Shown here piece after piece: positions 43,201 through 58,200 of a stretch of DNA of 64,000 nt. This DNA comes from Candidatus Oxydemutator sp. (GTDB lineage: Bacteria > Pseudomonadota > Gammaproteobacteria > Poriferisulfidales > Oxydemutatoraceae): positions 544,001 to 608,000 of the forward strand of contig OZ241883.1 of NCBI GenBank assembly GCA_965203445.1, in the 5' to 3' direction. The notes beneath the pieces were generated by a model that worked only from the letters and a program-made list of their open reading frames with translations, did not search any database and was not told the origin of the DNA. Numbering within the stretch: the first letter of the stretch is position 1; every line of letters begins with the position of its first letter. Both the position numbers and the translations under genes were made by a program.

Positions 43201-46200
43201 ACCGTCGCTGAACTCGATGATGGTGCTGACGGAAGCCGGCGCGCCCACGGTCACGTCCTGCGGCGCCCCCGCGAGCCGCGCGCTTGCCAACGTTACCACC
43301 AGTACCTCGGGAAACTCGGGCGCGTCGTCATCGAACACCCTGACCGAAAACGACGCGCTGCTCGCGCCGGAACCGATGGCCACGATGCCGGTCGTGCCGA
43401 CAAAGTCGTCGGCGTCGACTTCGTCGCCGCCCACCATCCAATTCCAGCTCGCGGTCACCCCTGCCGGCAGGATCACCGGCAAACTCACCACGTAACTCGC
43501 GACCTCGCCTTCCGCCACCGTCGCGCTGCCGGTGAGCGTCGCCGCGAGACCTACCGGCGGCTGCGTCTCCCGCTGCGACGTGCGGCGCGCCAACCTCGTC
43601 TCGGTAGCGCCGCCGAACACCAGCACCGGATAATCGAACGCGGTGCCGAAATCCCACGGCGCGTCGTCGTTGTAGTCGCCGTCGTCGCCCTGATCCACGC
43701 GGTCCACGTTCAACTTGTCCCAACCCGCGTAGATCGTGCCCGCGGCCGTGGTCGGGGCGCGCAACTGGTGTGACGTCTTCGATCCGCAGCAATCACTCTG
43801 GACGCCGCGCTCTTTGTCAAAATAACTGGACTCCACCACGGAGTTGCGAAACCCACTCCCTATCAAGCCGCCAATCGGGGAAAAAAATCCCGTCACTCTC
43901 CCGACGGAGTAGCTGGCGCTGACCACCGACGCGAGATCGGCCTGGCCTACCAGGCCGCCCACTGTACTGAATGCATGCACTGCCACGTCGGCGTAACTCG
44001 CCACTACCCTGCCTGCATTATTCCCTATCAAGCCACCCACCCCAAATCCGCCGGATACGCGACCGCCAATCACGTAGCTCACCGCCACTTGGCCCCGGTT
44101 GTCTCCCACCAGCGCACCTACAAAGGGGCTTTGGCCAAAGCCAGAGGCCGCCACCTCCACCCGTGCGTTACGCAAGCCCACGTTGCGGATTGTGCCGCTG
44201 GCACTCACGGCACCGAACAAACCCATCTGATACCACCCCTCGTCCCTGGCCACCCGCAAATTGCTGATGACGTGGCCGTTGCCTTCAAAAACAGCGGTGT
44301 AGTAATCCCCTGGAAAGTCTTGAACCTCAACACCCCCGCCTAGCGGCGTCCAGCCCGTGCCCGGGTGCGGCTCCACGCTGGACAGATCCAGGTCGGCCGA
44401 TAACTCGTAGCCGGCGCACGTGCCAGGGCAGGTTTGGACCTGATCAAACTCATCGAACAAGGGAAACGCCGCCAGATAAGCGGCCCTGTTGGCACTGCTC
44501 ACGCCCGCCAGCCCGGCACCGTCCAGGTCGTAGCGGATCGCCGCCAACTGCGACGTCGTCGCCACCTCTATCAGGTTGTCGTCGTCGACGTCGTAGTCCA
44601 GCGCGTCGCTGAACTCGATGGTGGTCTTCACGGAAACCGGCACGCCCAGATCCACACCACGCGCGGGCGCCCCCGTGAGCCGCGCGCTTGCCAACGTTAC
44701 CACCAGTACCTCGGAAAACTCAGGGATCGCGTCATCGAAGACCCCGACCGAAAACGACGCGCTGACGGCGCCCGAGGCGACGACCACGCTGCCGGTCACG
44801 CCGACAAAGTCGGCGACGGTGACTTCGTCGCCGCCCACCGACCAATCCCAACGCACGCTCACCCCCGGCGGCAAGGCCTGCGGCAAACTCACCACGTAAC
44901 TCGCGCTCTCGCCTTCCGACACCGTCACGCTGCCGGTGAGCGTCGCCGCAAGACTTACCCGCGGCTGCGTCTCCTGCTGCGACGTGCGGCGCATCGCCTC
45001 GGTCTCGGTAGCGCCGCCGAACACCAGCACCGGATAATCAAACGCGCCGCCGAAGTCCCACGGCGCGTCGTCGTTGTAGTCGTCGTCGTCGTTCTGATCC
45101 ACGCGGTCCACGTTCAACCGGTCCCAACCCGCGTAGATGGTGCCCGCGGCCGTCGTCGGGGCGCGCAACTCGCTCGACGTCTGCCGGGCGTCGTCCGGAT
45201 CCGGCACGTTCAAGCCGCAGCAGTCACGCTGGCCGCTGCGCTCCGCGTCAAAATAACTCGACTCCACCACGGCGCCGACGACCCGGTTCCCTACCAGGCC
45301 GCCGACCGGGCTGGCCCCCGCCGTTCTCCCGACCGAGTAGCTGGCGCTCACCACCGACGCGCCACCGACCTCGCCCGCCAGACCACCCACGTTGCTTTCA
45401 CCCGCCTGCACCTCCACGTCGGCGTAACTCGCCACCAGCCTGCCGTAATGACCCCCTATCAAACCGCCCACGAACCATACGCCGGATATGCGACCGCCAC
45501 TGACGTAACTCGCCGCCACCGTGCCCTCGTTGCGGCCCACCAGCGCGCCCGTGAACTCGCTGTTACTACCCAGGGACACCCGCGCGTCGCGCAAGCCCAC
45601 GTTGCGGATAGTGCCGGCGGCGCCGACGGCGCCGAACAAGCCCACGCGATACCACTGCCCGGCCCTGGCCACCCGCATATTGCGGATGACGTGGCCGTTG
45701 CCTTCAAAAACCGCGGTGTAGGCATCCCCCGGAAGGTCATGAAGCATGACGCCCCCGCCTATCGGCGTCCAGCCAGGGCCCGGGGCCGGGTTCACGCTGG
45801 ACAGATCCAGGTCGTTCACCAACTCGTAGCCGGTGCATGTTCTCGGACAGGTCTCCTGCTTGCCGAAAAAGGGAAACGCCGCCAGATACGCGTCCCTGTT
45901 CGCGTCGCTCACGCCCGCCAACCCGGCACCGCCCAGGTCGTGGCGGATCATCGCCAACTGCGACGTCGTCTCCACCTCTATCAAGGTGTCGTCGTCAAAG
46001 TCGTAGTCTATCTCGTCGCTCGCCTCGATCGTGGTCACCACGGAAACCGGTACGCCCAAACTCACGCCACGCGCGGGCAACCCCGTGAGCCTCGCGTTGC
46101 TCAACGTTACCACCAGAGCCTCGGGCAACTCGGGCTCGTCGTCATCGCGCACCCTGACCGAAAACGACGTGCTGTCGGCGCCCGAGGCGATGACCGCGTT

Positions 46201-49200
46201 GCCCGTGGTCGCGCCGACAAAGTCGGCGGTGTCGACTTCGCCGCCCACGACCCAACCCCAACGCACGATCACCCCCGGCGGCAAAGGCTCCGGCAAGCGC
46301 ACCACGTAACTCGCCCTCTCGCCTTCCGACACCGTCGTGCTCCCGACGAGCGTCGCCGCAAAATTGGCCTTCGGCTGCGCCTCCCGCTGCAACGTGCGAC
46401 GCGCCTGCATCGTTTCGGTAGAACCGCCGAACACCAGCACCGGATACTCGAACACGGTGCCGAAGTCCCACGGCGCGTCGTCGTTCAAGTTGCCGTCGCC
46501 TATCCGATCCAAGCCGTCCACGTTCAACTGATCCCAACCCGCGTAGATCGTGCCCGCGGTCGTCGTCGGGACGCGCAACTGGCTCGACGTCTTCGAGGTG
46601 TCGTCCGGACTCGGCGCATTCGTTCCGCAGCAACGGCTCAAGCCGCTGCGCTCGGCGTCAAAATAACTCGACTCCACCACGGCGCCGACTACCCGGTTGC
46701 CTATCAGACCGCCGGCCGTGGCCGTCCCCGTCGTTACCCCGACCGAGTAGCTGGCGCTGACCACCGACGCGCCGCCGGCTTCGCCCACCAGACCGCCCGC
46801 GTTGCTTCCCTCTGCATGCACTCCCACGTCGGCGTAACTCGCCACCAGCCCGCCGTAATGACCCCCTATCAAACCGCCCACTCCCGAGGCGCCGGATATG
46901 CGACCGCCGATCACGTAACTCGCCGCCACCTTGCCCTCGTTGCGGCCCACCAGCGCACCGGTATAGGTGCTGCTGCGACCCAAGTCCCCCAAGGCCACCC
47001 GCGCGTTGCGCAAGCCGACGTTGCGGATCACGCCGTCGGCGCCGACGGCGCCGAACAAACCCACGTGATACCGCTGCCCGTCCCCGGTCATCGTCAGATT
47101 GCTGATGACGTGGCCGTTGCCTTCAAAAACGGCGCTGTAGGCATCCCCCGGAAGGTCTTCAAGCCTGACGCCCCCGCCTATCGGCGTCCAGTCCGCTATG
47201 TCCGACAAGTCCAGGTCGGCCGACAACTCGTAGCCGGTGCACGTTCTTGGACAGGTCTTCGTCCCGTCGAAAACGGGAAACGCCGCGAAATAAGCGGCCC
47301 TGTTGGCACTGCTCACGCCCGCTATCCCGACACCGCCCAGGTCGTGGCCGATCGCCGCCAACTGCGACGTCGTCGCCACGTCTATCAAGGTGTCGCCGTC
47401 GTCGTTGTAGGCTATTCCGTCGCTGAACGCAATGGTGGTCCTGACGGAAACCGGCGCGCCCAGATCCACGCCACGCGCGGGCGCCCCCGTGAGCCGCGCG
47501 CCCGTCAACGTCACCACCAGCACCTCGGACAACTCGGACACGTCGTCATCGCGCACCTCCACCGAAAACGACGCGCTGACGGCGCCCGAGACGACGACCA
47601 CGGTGCTTGCGGTCACGCCGACAAAGTCGTCGGCGTCGACGTCGCCGCCGCCCACCGACCAATCCCAACGCACGCTCACCCCCGGCGGCAAGGCCTGCGG
47701 CAAGCGCACCACGTAACTCGCGCTCTCGCCTTCCGACACCGTCGCGCTGCCGGCGAGCGTCGCCACAAGCCTCACCTTCGGCTGCGCCTCCTGCTGCGAC
47801 GTGCGACGCGCCTGCACCGTGCCGGTAGAACCGCCGAACACCAGCACCGGGTAATCGAACACGCTGCCGAAATCCCACGGCGCGTCGTCGTTCAAGTCGC
47901 CGTCGCGTCCCCGATCCAAGCCGTCCACGTTCAACTGATCCCAACCCGCGTAGATCGTGCCCGCGGCCGTCGTCGGGACGCGCAACTCGCTCGATGTCTT
48001 CGAGGTGTCGTCCGGACTCGGCGCATTCGTTCCGCAGCAACGGCTCAGACCGCTGCGCTCGGCGTCAAAATAACTCGACTCCACCACGGCGCCGGCAACC
48101 CGGTTGCCTATCAAACCGCCGACCGTGCCGCTCCCCGTCGTTGCCCCGACCGAGTAGCTGGCGCTGACCACCGACGCGCCGCCGGCTACTCCCACCAGAC
48201 CGCCCGCGTTGCTTTCCTCTGCATGCACTCCCACGTCGGCGTAACTCGCCACCAGCCCGCCGTAATGACCCCCTATCAAACCGCCCACCCCGGATGCGCC
48301 GGATATGCGACCGCCACTGACGTAACTCGCCGCCACCGTGCCCTCGTTGCGACCCACCAGCGCACCGGTATAGGTGCTGCTGCGACCCAGGTCCACCCGC
48401 GCGTTGCGCAAGCCGACGTTGCGGATCGCGCCGTCGGCGCCGACGGCGCCGAACAAACCCACGTGATACCGCTGCCCGTCCCCGGTCATCGTCAGATTGC
48501 TGATGACGTGGCCGTTGCCTTCAAAAACAGCGGTGTAATAGTCCACCGGAGATTCCACCCCCGAGCCCCCGCCTAGCGGCGTCCAGTCGGGGATGCCGGA
48601 CAAGTCCAGGTCGGCCGACAACTCATAGCCGGTGCACGTTCTCGGACAGGTCTGCGTCTCGCCGAAAACGGGAAACGCCGCATAATAAGCGGCCCTGTTG
48701 GCACTGCTTACGCCCGCTATCCCGACACCGCCCAGGTCGTGGCCGATCGCCGCCAACTGCGACGTCGTCGCCACGTCTATCAAACCGTCGTTGTCGTCGT
48801 CGTAGTCTCTCTGGTCGCTCGCCTCGATCATGGTCCTGACGGAAACCGGCGCGCCCAGATCCACGCCACGCGCGGGCGCCCCCGTGAGCCTCGCGTCACT
48901 CAACGTTACCACTATGACCTCGGACAACTCGGGCTCGTCGTCGTCGCGCACCCCCACCGAAAACGACGCGCTGACGGCGCCCGAGGCGATGGCCACGGTG
49001 CCGGTCGTAGTGACAAAGTCGGCGGCGCTGACTTGGTCGCCGCCCACCTCCCAATCCCAACGCACGCTCGCCCCCGGCGGCAAGGCCTCCGGCAAACCCA
49101 CCACGTAACTCGCGGTGCTGCCTTCCGACACCGTCGCGCTGCCGGCGAGCGTCGGTGCGAGACTCACCTTCGGCTGCGCCTCCCGCTGCGACGCACGACG

Positions 49201-52200
49201 CATCGCGCTGGTCTCGGTAGCGCCGCCGAACACCAATATCGGATACTCGAACACGCTGCCGAAGTCCCACGGCGCGTCGTCGTTATAGTCGCCGTCGCGT
49301 CTCCGATCCACGCCGTCCACGTCCAACTGGTCCCAACCCGCGTAGATCGTGCCCGCGGTCGTCGTCGGGACGCGCAACTGAGAGGAAGTCCTGGGCGCGG
49401 TATCCGTAGTCGGCACGTTCGTTCCACAGCAACGGCTCAGGCCGCTGCGCTCGGCGTCAAAATAACTGGACTTCAGCGCGGCGGCAGCATGCTTCCTCCC
49501 TATCAAACCGCCGACCGTGCTCGTCCCCGTCGTTACCCCGACCGAGTAACTGGCGCTGACCACCGACGCGCCGCCGGCTTCGCCCACCAGACCGCCCGCG
49601 TTGCTTCCCTCTGCTTGCACCTCCACGTCGGCGTAACTCGCGACCAGACTGCCGTAATGACCCCCTATCAAACCGCCCACCCCAAAGGCGCCGGATACGC
49701 GACCGCCACTGACGTAACTCGCCGCCACCTTGCCCTCGTTGCGGCCCACCAGCGCACCGGTATAGGTGCTGCTGCGACCCAAGTCCACCCGCGCGTTGCG
49801 CAAACCCACGTTGCGGATCACGCCGTCGGCGCCGACGGCGCCGAACAAACCCACGCGATACCGCTGCCCGTCCCCGGTCATCGTCAGATTGCTGATGACG
49901 TGGCCGTTGCCTTCAAAAACCGCGGTGTAAGAATCCGGCGTACCTCCCCCGCCTATCGGCGTCCAATCCGCTACGTCGGACAAGTCCAGGTCGGCAGACA
50001 ACTCGTAGCCGGTGCACGTGCTGGGACAGGTCCGTTTCTCGTCGAAAAAGGGAAACGCCGCATAATAAGCGGATTTGTTAGTCTTGCCCACGCCCGCCAA
50101 CCCGACACCGCCCAGGTCGTAGCGTATCGCCGCCAACTGCGACGTCGTCTCCACGTCTATCAAGGTATCGCCGTCGCCGTTGTAGGTTGTTCCGTCGCTC
50201 GCCTCGATCATGGTCCTGACGGAAACCGGCGCGCCCAGATCCACGCCGCGCGCGGGCGCCCCCGTGATCCGCGCGCCCGTCAACGTCACCACCAGCACCT
50301 CGGAAAACTCGGGCTCGTCGTCGTCGAATATCGTCACCGAAAACGACGCGCTGACGGCGCCCGATTCGATGGCCACGGTGCTTGCGGTCACGCCGACAAA
50401 GTCGGCGGCGTCGACGTCGCCGCCGCCCACCGACCAATCCCAACGCACGCGCACCCCCGCAGGCAAGGCCTGCGGCAGGCGCACTACGTAACTCGCGCTC
50501 TCGCCTTCCGACACCGTCGCGCTGCCGGCGAGCGTCGCCGCAAGACTTGCCTTCGGCTGCGCCTCCCGCTGCAACGTGCGACGCATCGCCATAGTCTCGG
50601 TAGCGCCGCCGAACACCAATACCGGGTAATCGAACACGCTGCCGAAGTCCCACGGAGCGTCGTCGTTCAAATCGTCGTCGCCTCTCCGAGCCACGCCGTC
50701 CACGTTCAACTGGTCCCAACCCTCATAGATGGTTCCCGCGGCCATCGTCGGGGCGCGCAACTGGCCCGACGTCTTCGAGGTGTTGTCCGGATCCGGCGCC
50801 CTGAATCCGCAGCAAGCGCTCTGGCCGCTGCGCCCGGCCTCATAATAACTGGACCACACCACGGTGCCGGCGGCCATGTTCCCTATCAAGCCGCCACTCG
50901 GTAACCCCCCCGTCGTTCTCCCGACCGAGTAGCTGGCGCTCACCACCGACGCGAAACCGGTTGCGCCTACCAGACCGCCCACGTTGCTTTCATCCGCATG
51001 CACCCTCACGTCGGCGTAACTCGCCACCAACCCGCCGTAATGACTCCCCAATAAACCGCCCACGAACGCTCCGCCGGATATGCGACCGCCGCTGACGTAA
51101 CTCGCCGCCACCCCGCCCTCGCTGGTTCCCACCAGCGCACCTACGTGATCGGCATCCCTACCCAGGGACACCCGCGCGTTATGCAAACCCACGTTGCGGA
51201 TCCTGCCGTCGGCACCCACGGCGCCGAACAGACCCATGTAAAACCACTGTCCACTCCTGTTCATCCGCAAATTGCTGATGACGTGGCCGTTGCCTTCAAA
51301 AACGGCGGTGTAATAACCCACCGAATAGTTGTCATCCGGGATGCCCCCGCCTAGCGGCGTCCAGCCCGCGCCCGGGGCCGGCTCCACACTGGACAGGTCC
51401 AGGTCGTTCGCCAACTCGTAGCCGGTGCACGTTCTCGGACAGGTCCGTTTCTCGTCGAAAAAGGGAAACGCCGCAAAATAAGCGGCCCTGTTGGCAGTGC
51501 CCACCACACCCGCTATCCCGACACCGCCCAGGTCGTAGCGGATCGCCGCCAACTGCGACGTCGTCGCCACGTCTATCAAAGTGTCGTTGTCGTCGTCGTA
51601 GCCGGTGCCGTCGCTTAACTCGATGATGGTCATCACGGAAGCCGGCACGCCTAAGCGCACGTACTGCGGCGCCCCCGTGAGCCGCGCGCTTGCCAACGTT
51701 ACCACCAGGGCCTCGGACAATTCGGGCGCGTCGTCGTCGCGCACCTCCACCGAAAACGACGCGCTGCTCGCGCCGGAACCGATGGCCACGATGCCGGTCG
51801 TGCCGACAAAGTCGGCGATGTCGGCTTCGCCGCCGCCCACCGTCCAATTCCAGCTCGCGGTCACCCCTGTCGGCAGGATCACCGGCAAACTCACCACGTA
51901 ACTCGCGACCTCGCCTTCCGCCACCGTCGCGCTGCCGGTGAGCGCCGCCGCAAGACCTACCTGCGGCTGCGTCTCCCGCTGCGACGTGCGACGCGCCAAC
52001 CTGGTCTCGGTAGCGCCGCCGAACACCAGCACCGGGTAATCGAACGCGCTGCCGAAATCCCACGGCGCGTCGTCGTTGTAGTCGCCGTCGCCTTCCTGAT
52101 CCACGCCGTCCACGTTCAACTGGTCCCAACCCGCGTAGATCGTGCCCGCGGCCGTGGTCGGGGTGCGCAACCCGTGTGACGTCTGCCGGGCGTCGTCCGA

Positions 52201-55200
52201 ATCCCGCACGTTCGATCCGCAGCAACGGTCCTGGCCGCTGCGCTCTGCGTCAAAATAACTAGACTCCACCACGGCGCCGACGTTCCTGATCCCCATCAAG
52301 CCACCAGGGCTATCCCCCGTCGGTCTCCCGACCGAGTAACTGGCACGCACCACCGACGCGCCACCGGCTTCGCCTACCAGGCCGCCCACGCTATTTCCAT
52401 CCGCATGCACTGCCACGTCGGCGTAACTCGCCACTACCCTGCCCAAATTCCTCCCTACCAGGCCGCCCACGTGCCACGTGCCGGATATGCGACCGCCTAT
52501 CACGTAGCTCGCCGCCACTTGGCCCCGGTTGTCTCCCGCCAGCGCACCCGTATAAAGGCTACCGCCAACGTTATCGAACCTCACCTCCACCCGCGCGTTG
52601 CGCAAACCCACGTTGCGGATCACGCCGCTGGCACTCACGGCGCCGAACAAACCCGTGAAATACCACCGGCCCATCCTGACCACCCGCAAATTGCTGATGA
52701 CGTGGCCGTTGCCTTCAAAAACAGCGGTGTAAAAGTCCACCGAAGAATCCCCCACAAGGTCTTCGGACCTGATCCCCCCGCCTAGCGGCGTCCAGCCCGG
52801 CGCCGGGTGCGGCTCCACGCTGGACAGATCCAGGTCGGCCGCCAACTCGTAGCCGGTGCACGTGCTGGGACAGGATCGTATCTCATCAAACACGCCGAAC
52901 AAGGGAAACGCCACCCGATAAGCGGCCCTGTTGGCAGTGCTCACGCCCGCTATCCCGGCACCGCCCAGGTCGTAGCGGATCGCCGCCAACTGCGACGTCG
53001 TCGCCACCTCTATCAGGGTGTCGTCGTCGACGTCGTAGTCCGGCACGTCGCTGAACTCGATCGTGGTCTTCACGGAAACCGGCGCGCCCAGATCCACATT
53101 GCGCGCGGGCGCCCCCGTGAGCCGCGCGTTGCTTAACGTTACCACCAGTACCTCGGACAACTCAGGGATCGCGTCATCGAAGATCCTGACCGAAAACGAC
53201 GCACTGACGGCGCCCGAGGCGACGACCACGCTGCCGGTCACGCCGACAAAGTCGGCGACGGTGACTTCGTCGCCGCCCACAGACCAATCCCAACGCACGC
53301 TCACCCCCGGCGGCAAGGCCTGCGGCAAACTCACCACGTAACCCGCGCTCTCGCCTTCCGACACCGTCACGCTGCCGGTGAGCGTCGCCGCAAGACTTGC
53401 CCGTGGCTGCGTCTCCTGCTGCGACGTGCGGCGCATCGCCATCGTCTCGGTAGCGCCGCCGAACACCAGCACCGGATAATCAAACGCGCCGCCGAAGTCC
53501 CACGGCGCGTCGTCGTTGTAGTCGTCGTCGTCGTTCTGATCCACGCGGTCCACGTTCAACCGGTCCCAGCCCGCGTAGATGGTGCCCGCGGCCGTCGTCG
53601 GGGCGCGCAACTCGCTCGACGTCTGCCGGGCGTCGTCCGGATCCGGCGCGTTCAAGCCGCAGCAATCACGCTGGCCGCTGCGCTCCGCGTCAAAATAACT
53701 CGACTCCACCACGGCGCCGACGACCCGGTTCCCTACCAGGCCGCCGACCGGGCTGGCCCCCGCCGTTCTCCCGACCGAGTAGCTGGCGCTCACCACCGAC
53801 GCGCCACCGACCTCGCCCGCCAGACCACCCACGTTGCTTTCACCCGCCTGCACCTCCACGTCGGCGTAACTCGCCACCAGCCTGCCGTAATGACCCCCTA
53901 TCAAACCGCCCACGAACCATACGCCGGATATGCGACCGCCACTGACGTAACTCGCCGCCACCGTGCCCTCGTTGCGGCCCACCAGCGCGCCCGTGAACTC
54001 GCTGTTACTACCCAGGGACACCCGCGCGTCGCGCAAGCCCACGTTGCGGATAGTGCCGGCGGCGCCGACGGCGCCGAACAAGCCCACGCGATACCACTGC
54101 CCGGCCCTGGCCACCCGCATATTGCGGATGACGTGGCCGTTGCCTTCAAAAACCGCGGTGTAGGCATCCCCCGGAAGGTCATGAAGCATGACGCCCCCGC
54201 CTATCGGCGTCCAGCCAGGGCCCGGGGCCGGGTTCACGCTGGACAGATCCAGGTCGTTCACCAACTCGTAGCCGGTGCACGTTCTCGGACAGGTCTCCTG
54301 CTTGCCGAAAAAGGGAAACGCCGCCAGATACGCGTCCCTGTTCGCGTCGCTCACGCCCGCCAACCCGACACCGCCCAGGTCGTAGCGGATCGCCGCCAAC
54401 TGCGACGTCGTCTCCACGTCTATCAGGGTGTCGTCGTCGCCGTTGTAGTCTATCTCGTCGCTCACCTCGATCGTGGTCACCGCGGAAACCGGCACGCCCA
54501 GATCCACACCGCGCACGGGCGCCCCCGTGAGCCGCACGTTGCTCAACGTTGCCACCAGAGTCTCGGAAAACTCGGGCTCGTCGTCATCGCGCACCCTGAC
54601 CGAAAACGACGTGCGGTCGGCGCCCGAGGCGATGACCGCGTTGCCCGTGGTCGCGCCGACAAAGTCGGCGGTGTCGACTTCGCCGCCGCCCACGACCCAA
54701 CCCCAACGCATGATCACCCCCGGCGGCAAGGGCTCCGGCAAGCGCACCACGAAGCTCGCGACCTCGCCTTCCGACACCGTCGCGCTGCCGGTGATCGTCG
54801 CCGCAAGATTTACCTTCGGCTGCGCCTCCTGCTGCGACGTGCGACGCGCCTGCCGCGTTTCGGTAGCACCGCCGAACACCAGCACCGGGTAATCGAAGAC
54901 GCTGCCGAAGTCCCACGGACTGTCGTCGTTCAGGTTGTTGTCGTCGTTCTGATCCACGCCGTCCACGTCCAACTTGTCCCAACCCGCGTAGATCGTGCCC
55001 GCGGCCGTGGTCGGGATGCGCAAGTCGCGCGACCTCTTCGGTCCGCAGCAACGGCCCTCGCCGCTGCGCTGGCTGTCAAAATAACTTGAATCCACGTAAC
55101 CTGGCCCTATGTAACCGCCGTCGCCCCTAGCTCCTATCAAGCCGCCAGACGAGGAAGACCTATCTAATGTATTTGTCACTTTCCCGACGGAGTAACTGGC

Positions 55201-58200
55201 TTTCACGGACGAGCCGAAATAGACCAGGCCTACCAGGCCACCCACCCTGCTCCCAATCACTTCCACGTCGGCGTAACTCGCCACCACCTCACCGTCATTA
55301 ACTCCTATCAAGCCGCCCCCGGCCGAGAATAAGGATACGCGACCGCCAATCACGTAACTCGCCGCCACCTTGCCCCGGTTGTATCCCACCAGCGCACCTA
55401 CTTCTCTGAAGGATGAACCCGAATTCATCAGCACGTTACGCAAGCCCACGTTGCGGATTCTGCCGTTGGCGCCCACGGCGCCGAACAAACCTGTCCCACT
55501 CCAACCATCACGACTAAATAGGCGCCTATACTCCATCCTCAAATTGCGGATGACGTGGCCGTTGCCTTCAAAAACAGCGGCGTAACCAACTTCCTCCGGA
55601 TAGACAAAGAAAAAGCCCTGAGCAAGTCCGCCTATCGGCGTCCAGCCCGTGCCCGGGGCCGGGTTCACGCTGGACAGGTCCAGGTCGGCCGCCAACTCGT
55701 AGCCTTTGCACGTGCCCGGACAGGTGCGCGCCTCGTCGTAAACGGGAAACGCCGCCTGATAAGCCCGATAAGCGGCCTCGTTGGCACTGCTCACGCCCGC
55801 CAGCCCGGCGCCGCCCAGGTCGTAGCGGATCGCCGACAACTGCGACGTCGTCGCCACCTCTATCAAGTTGTCGTCATCAAAGTCGTAGTCTATCTCGTCG
55901 CTCACCTCGATCGTGGTCCTGACGGAAAGCGGCACGCCCAAACCCACGTGCGCGGGCGCCCCCGCGAGCCTCACGCCCGTCAACGTTACCACCATGACCT
56001 CGGACAACTCGGGCACGTCGTCATCGAACACCCGCACCGAAAACGACGCGCTGACGGCGCCCGAGGCGATGACCACGCTGCCCGCGGTCGTGCCGACGAA
56101 GTCGTCGGCGCTGACGTCGCCGCCGCCCACCGCCCAGCTCCAACTCGCGCTCACCCCCGCCGGCAAGACCATCGGCAGGCGCACCACGTAACTCGCGGTG
56201 CCGCCTTCCGACACGGTCTCGCTGCCGGCGAGCGTCGCCGCAACCGTTACCTCCAAGGCCCGCTGCTGCGACGTGCGACGCGCCGCCTGCGTGTCGGTGG
56301 CGCCGCCGAACACCAGCACCGGGTAATCGAACGTGCTGCCGAAATCCCACGGCGCGTCGTCGTTATAGTCGCCGTTGTGATCCACGCCGTCCACGTTCAA
56401 CCGGTCCCAACCCTCGTAGATGGTGCCCGCGGCCGCGGTCGGGGCGCGCAACTGAACGGAAGTCCTGGGCGCGTTGTCGGTAGTTGGTACATTGCTGCCG
56501 CAACACGCGGACTGGCCGCTGCGCTGTTTGTCAAAATAGCTTGTCTGTAGCGTGCCGGAAAGATAGTCCCCGACCAGACCGCCGGATGGAGACCCTTGCA
56601 GGCCGTCGCCGTCCCTGGTCAGCCTCGAGAGCGCGTAGCTGGCGCTGACTATGCCCCCGTTCGCAACGGCGCCTATCAACCCCCCCACGCTTCGCCCCGG
56701 CGACCGCTGATGCACCGGCACGTCCGCATAACTGGCAATCACGACGCCCCCGTCCAATCCGCCTACCAGACCGCCCAAGGCCGAACCGCCGCGCACTTGT
56801 CCGCCGCCGCCCACCACGTAACACGCCGCCACTTTGCCCGCGTTGTACCCCGCCAACGCGCCCGCCCCCATGCTTGCGCCGGACACGTCCGTATGCACGT
56901 TGTCCAAACCCACGTTGCGGATTATGCCGCCTGCGCCCACGGCACCAAAAAGGCCCACGTTATCGAGCCGGGCGGCTCCATTGTTCGCGCTGCGGATCGT
57001 TACATTGCTGATGACGTGGCCGTTGCCTTCAAAAACCGCGGTGTAATAATCCGACGTACCGGCCCCGCCTAACGGCGTCCAGTCCTCGCCGGCCAAGTCC
57101 AGGTCGGCCGACAACTCGTAGCCGGTACACGTGCCGGGACAGGTCTGCTCCACGTCGAAAAAGGGAAACGCCGCCAGATAAGCGGCCCTGTTGGCGCTGC
57201 TCACGCCCGCCAGCCCGGCACCGCCCAGGTCATAGCGGATCGCCGCCAACCGCGACGTCGTCGCCACCTGTATCAAGTCGTCGCCGTCGACGTCGTAGTC
57301 TATCTCGTCGCTCGCCTCGATCGTGGTCCTGACCGAAAGCGGCACGCCCAGACTCACGCGGCGCGGTGCTCCCGTGAGCCTCGCGCCCGTCAACGTTACC
57401 ACCAGCACCTCGGACAACTCAGGCACGTCGTCATCGAACACCCTGACCGAAAACGACGCGCTGCTCGCGCCGGAGCCGATGACTACGGCGCCGGTCGTGG
57501 CGACGAAGTCGGCGGCGTCGGCTTCGCCGCCGCCCACCGTCCAATCCCAGCTCGCGGTCACCCCTCTCGGCAGAATCACCGGCAGACTCACCACGTAACT
57601 CGCGGTGCCGCCTTCCGGCACGGTAACGCTGCCGGTGAACGCCGGCGCAAGAATTATCCGCGGCTGCGCTTCCTGCTGCGACGTGCGACGCATCGCCACA
57701 GTCTCGGTAGCGCCACCGAACACCAGCACCGGGTAATCGAACACGGTGCCGAAATCCCACGGCGCGTCGTCGTTATAGTCGCCGTCGTCTCCCTGATCCA
57801 CGTCGTCCACGTGCAACTTGTCCCAACCCGCGTAGAGGGTGCCCACCGCGGTGGTCGGGGCGCGCAACTGGTGTGACGCCCTCGGTTTGCAGCAACCACC
57901 CTGGCGACTACGCTCCTGGTCAAAATAACTGGACTCCACCACGGCGCCGGCCACCCGGTTCCCTATCAAACCGCCAATCGGGTAAATCCCCGTCACTCTC
58001 CCGACCGAGTAGCTGGCGCTCACCACCGACGCGCCACCGGCTTCGCCTATCAGACCGCCCACGTTAGCTCCATCTGCACGCACTTCCACGTCGGCGTAAC
58101 TCGCCACCAGCCTGCCGGCGTAATGACCCCCTATCAAACCGCCCACCCCCGCATTGCCGGATACGCGACCGCCAATGACGTAACTCGCCAACACTTCGCC

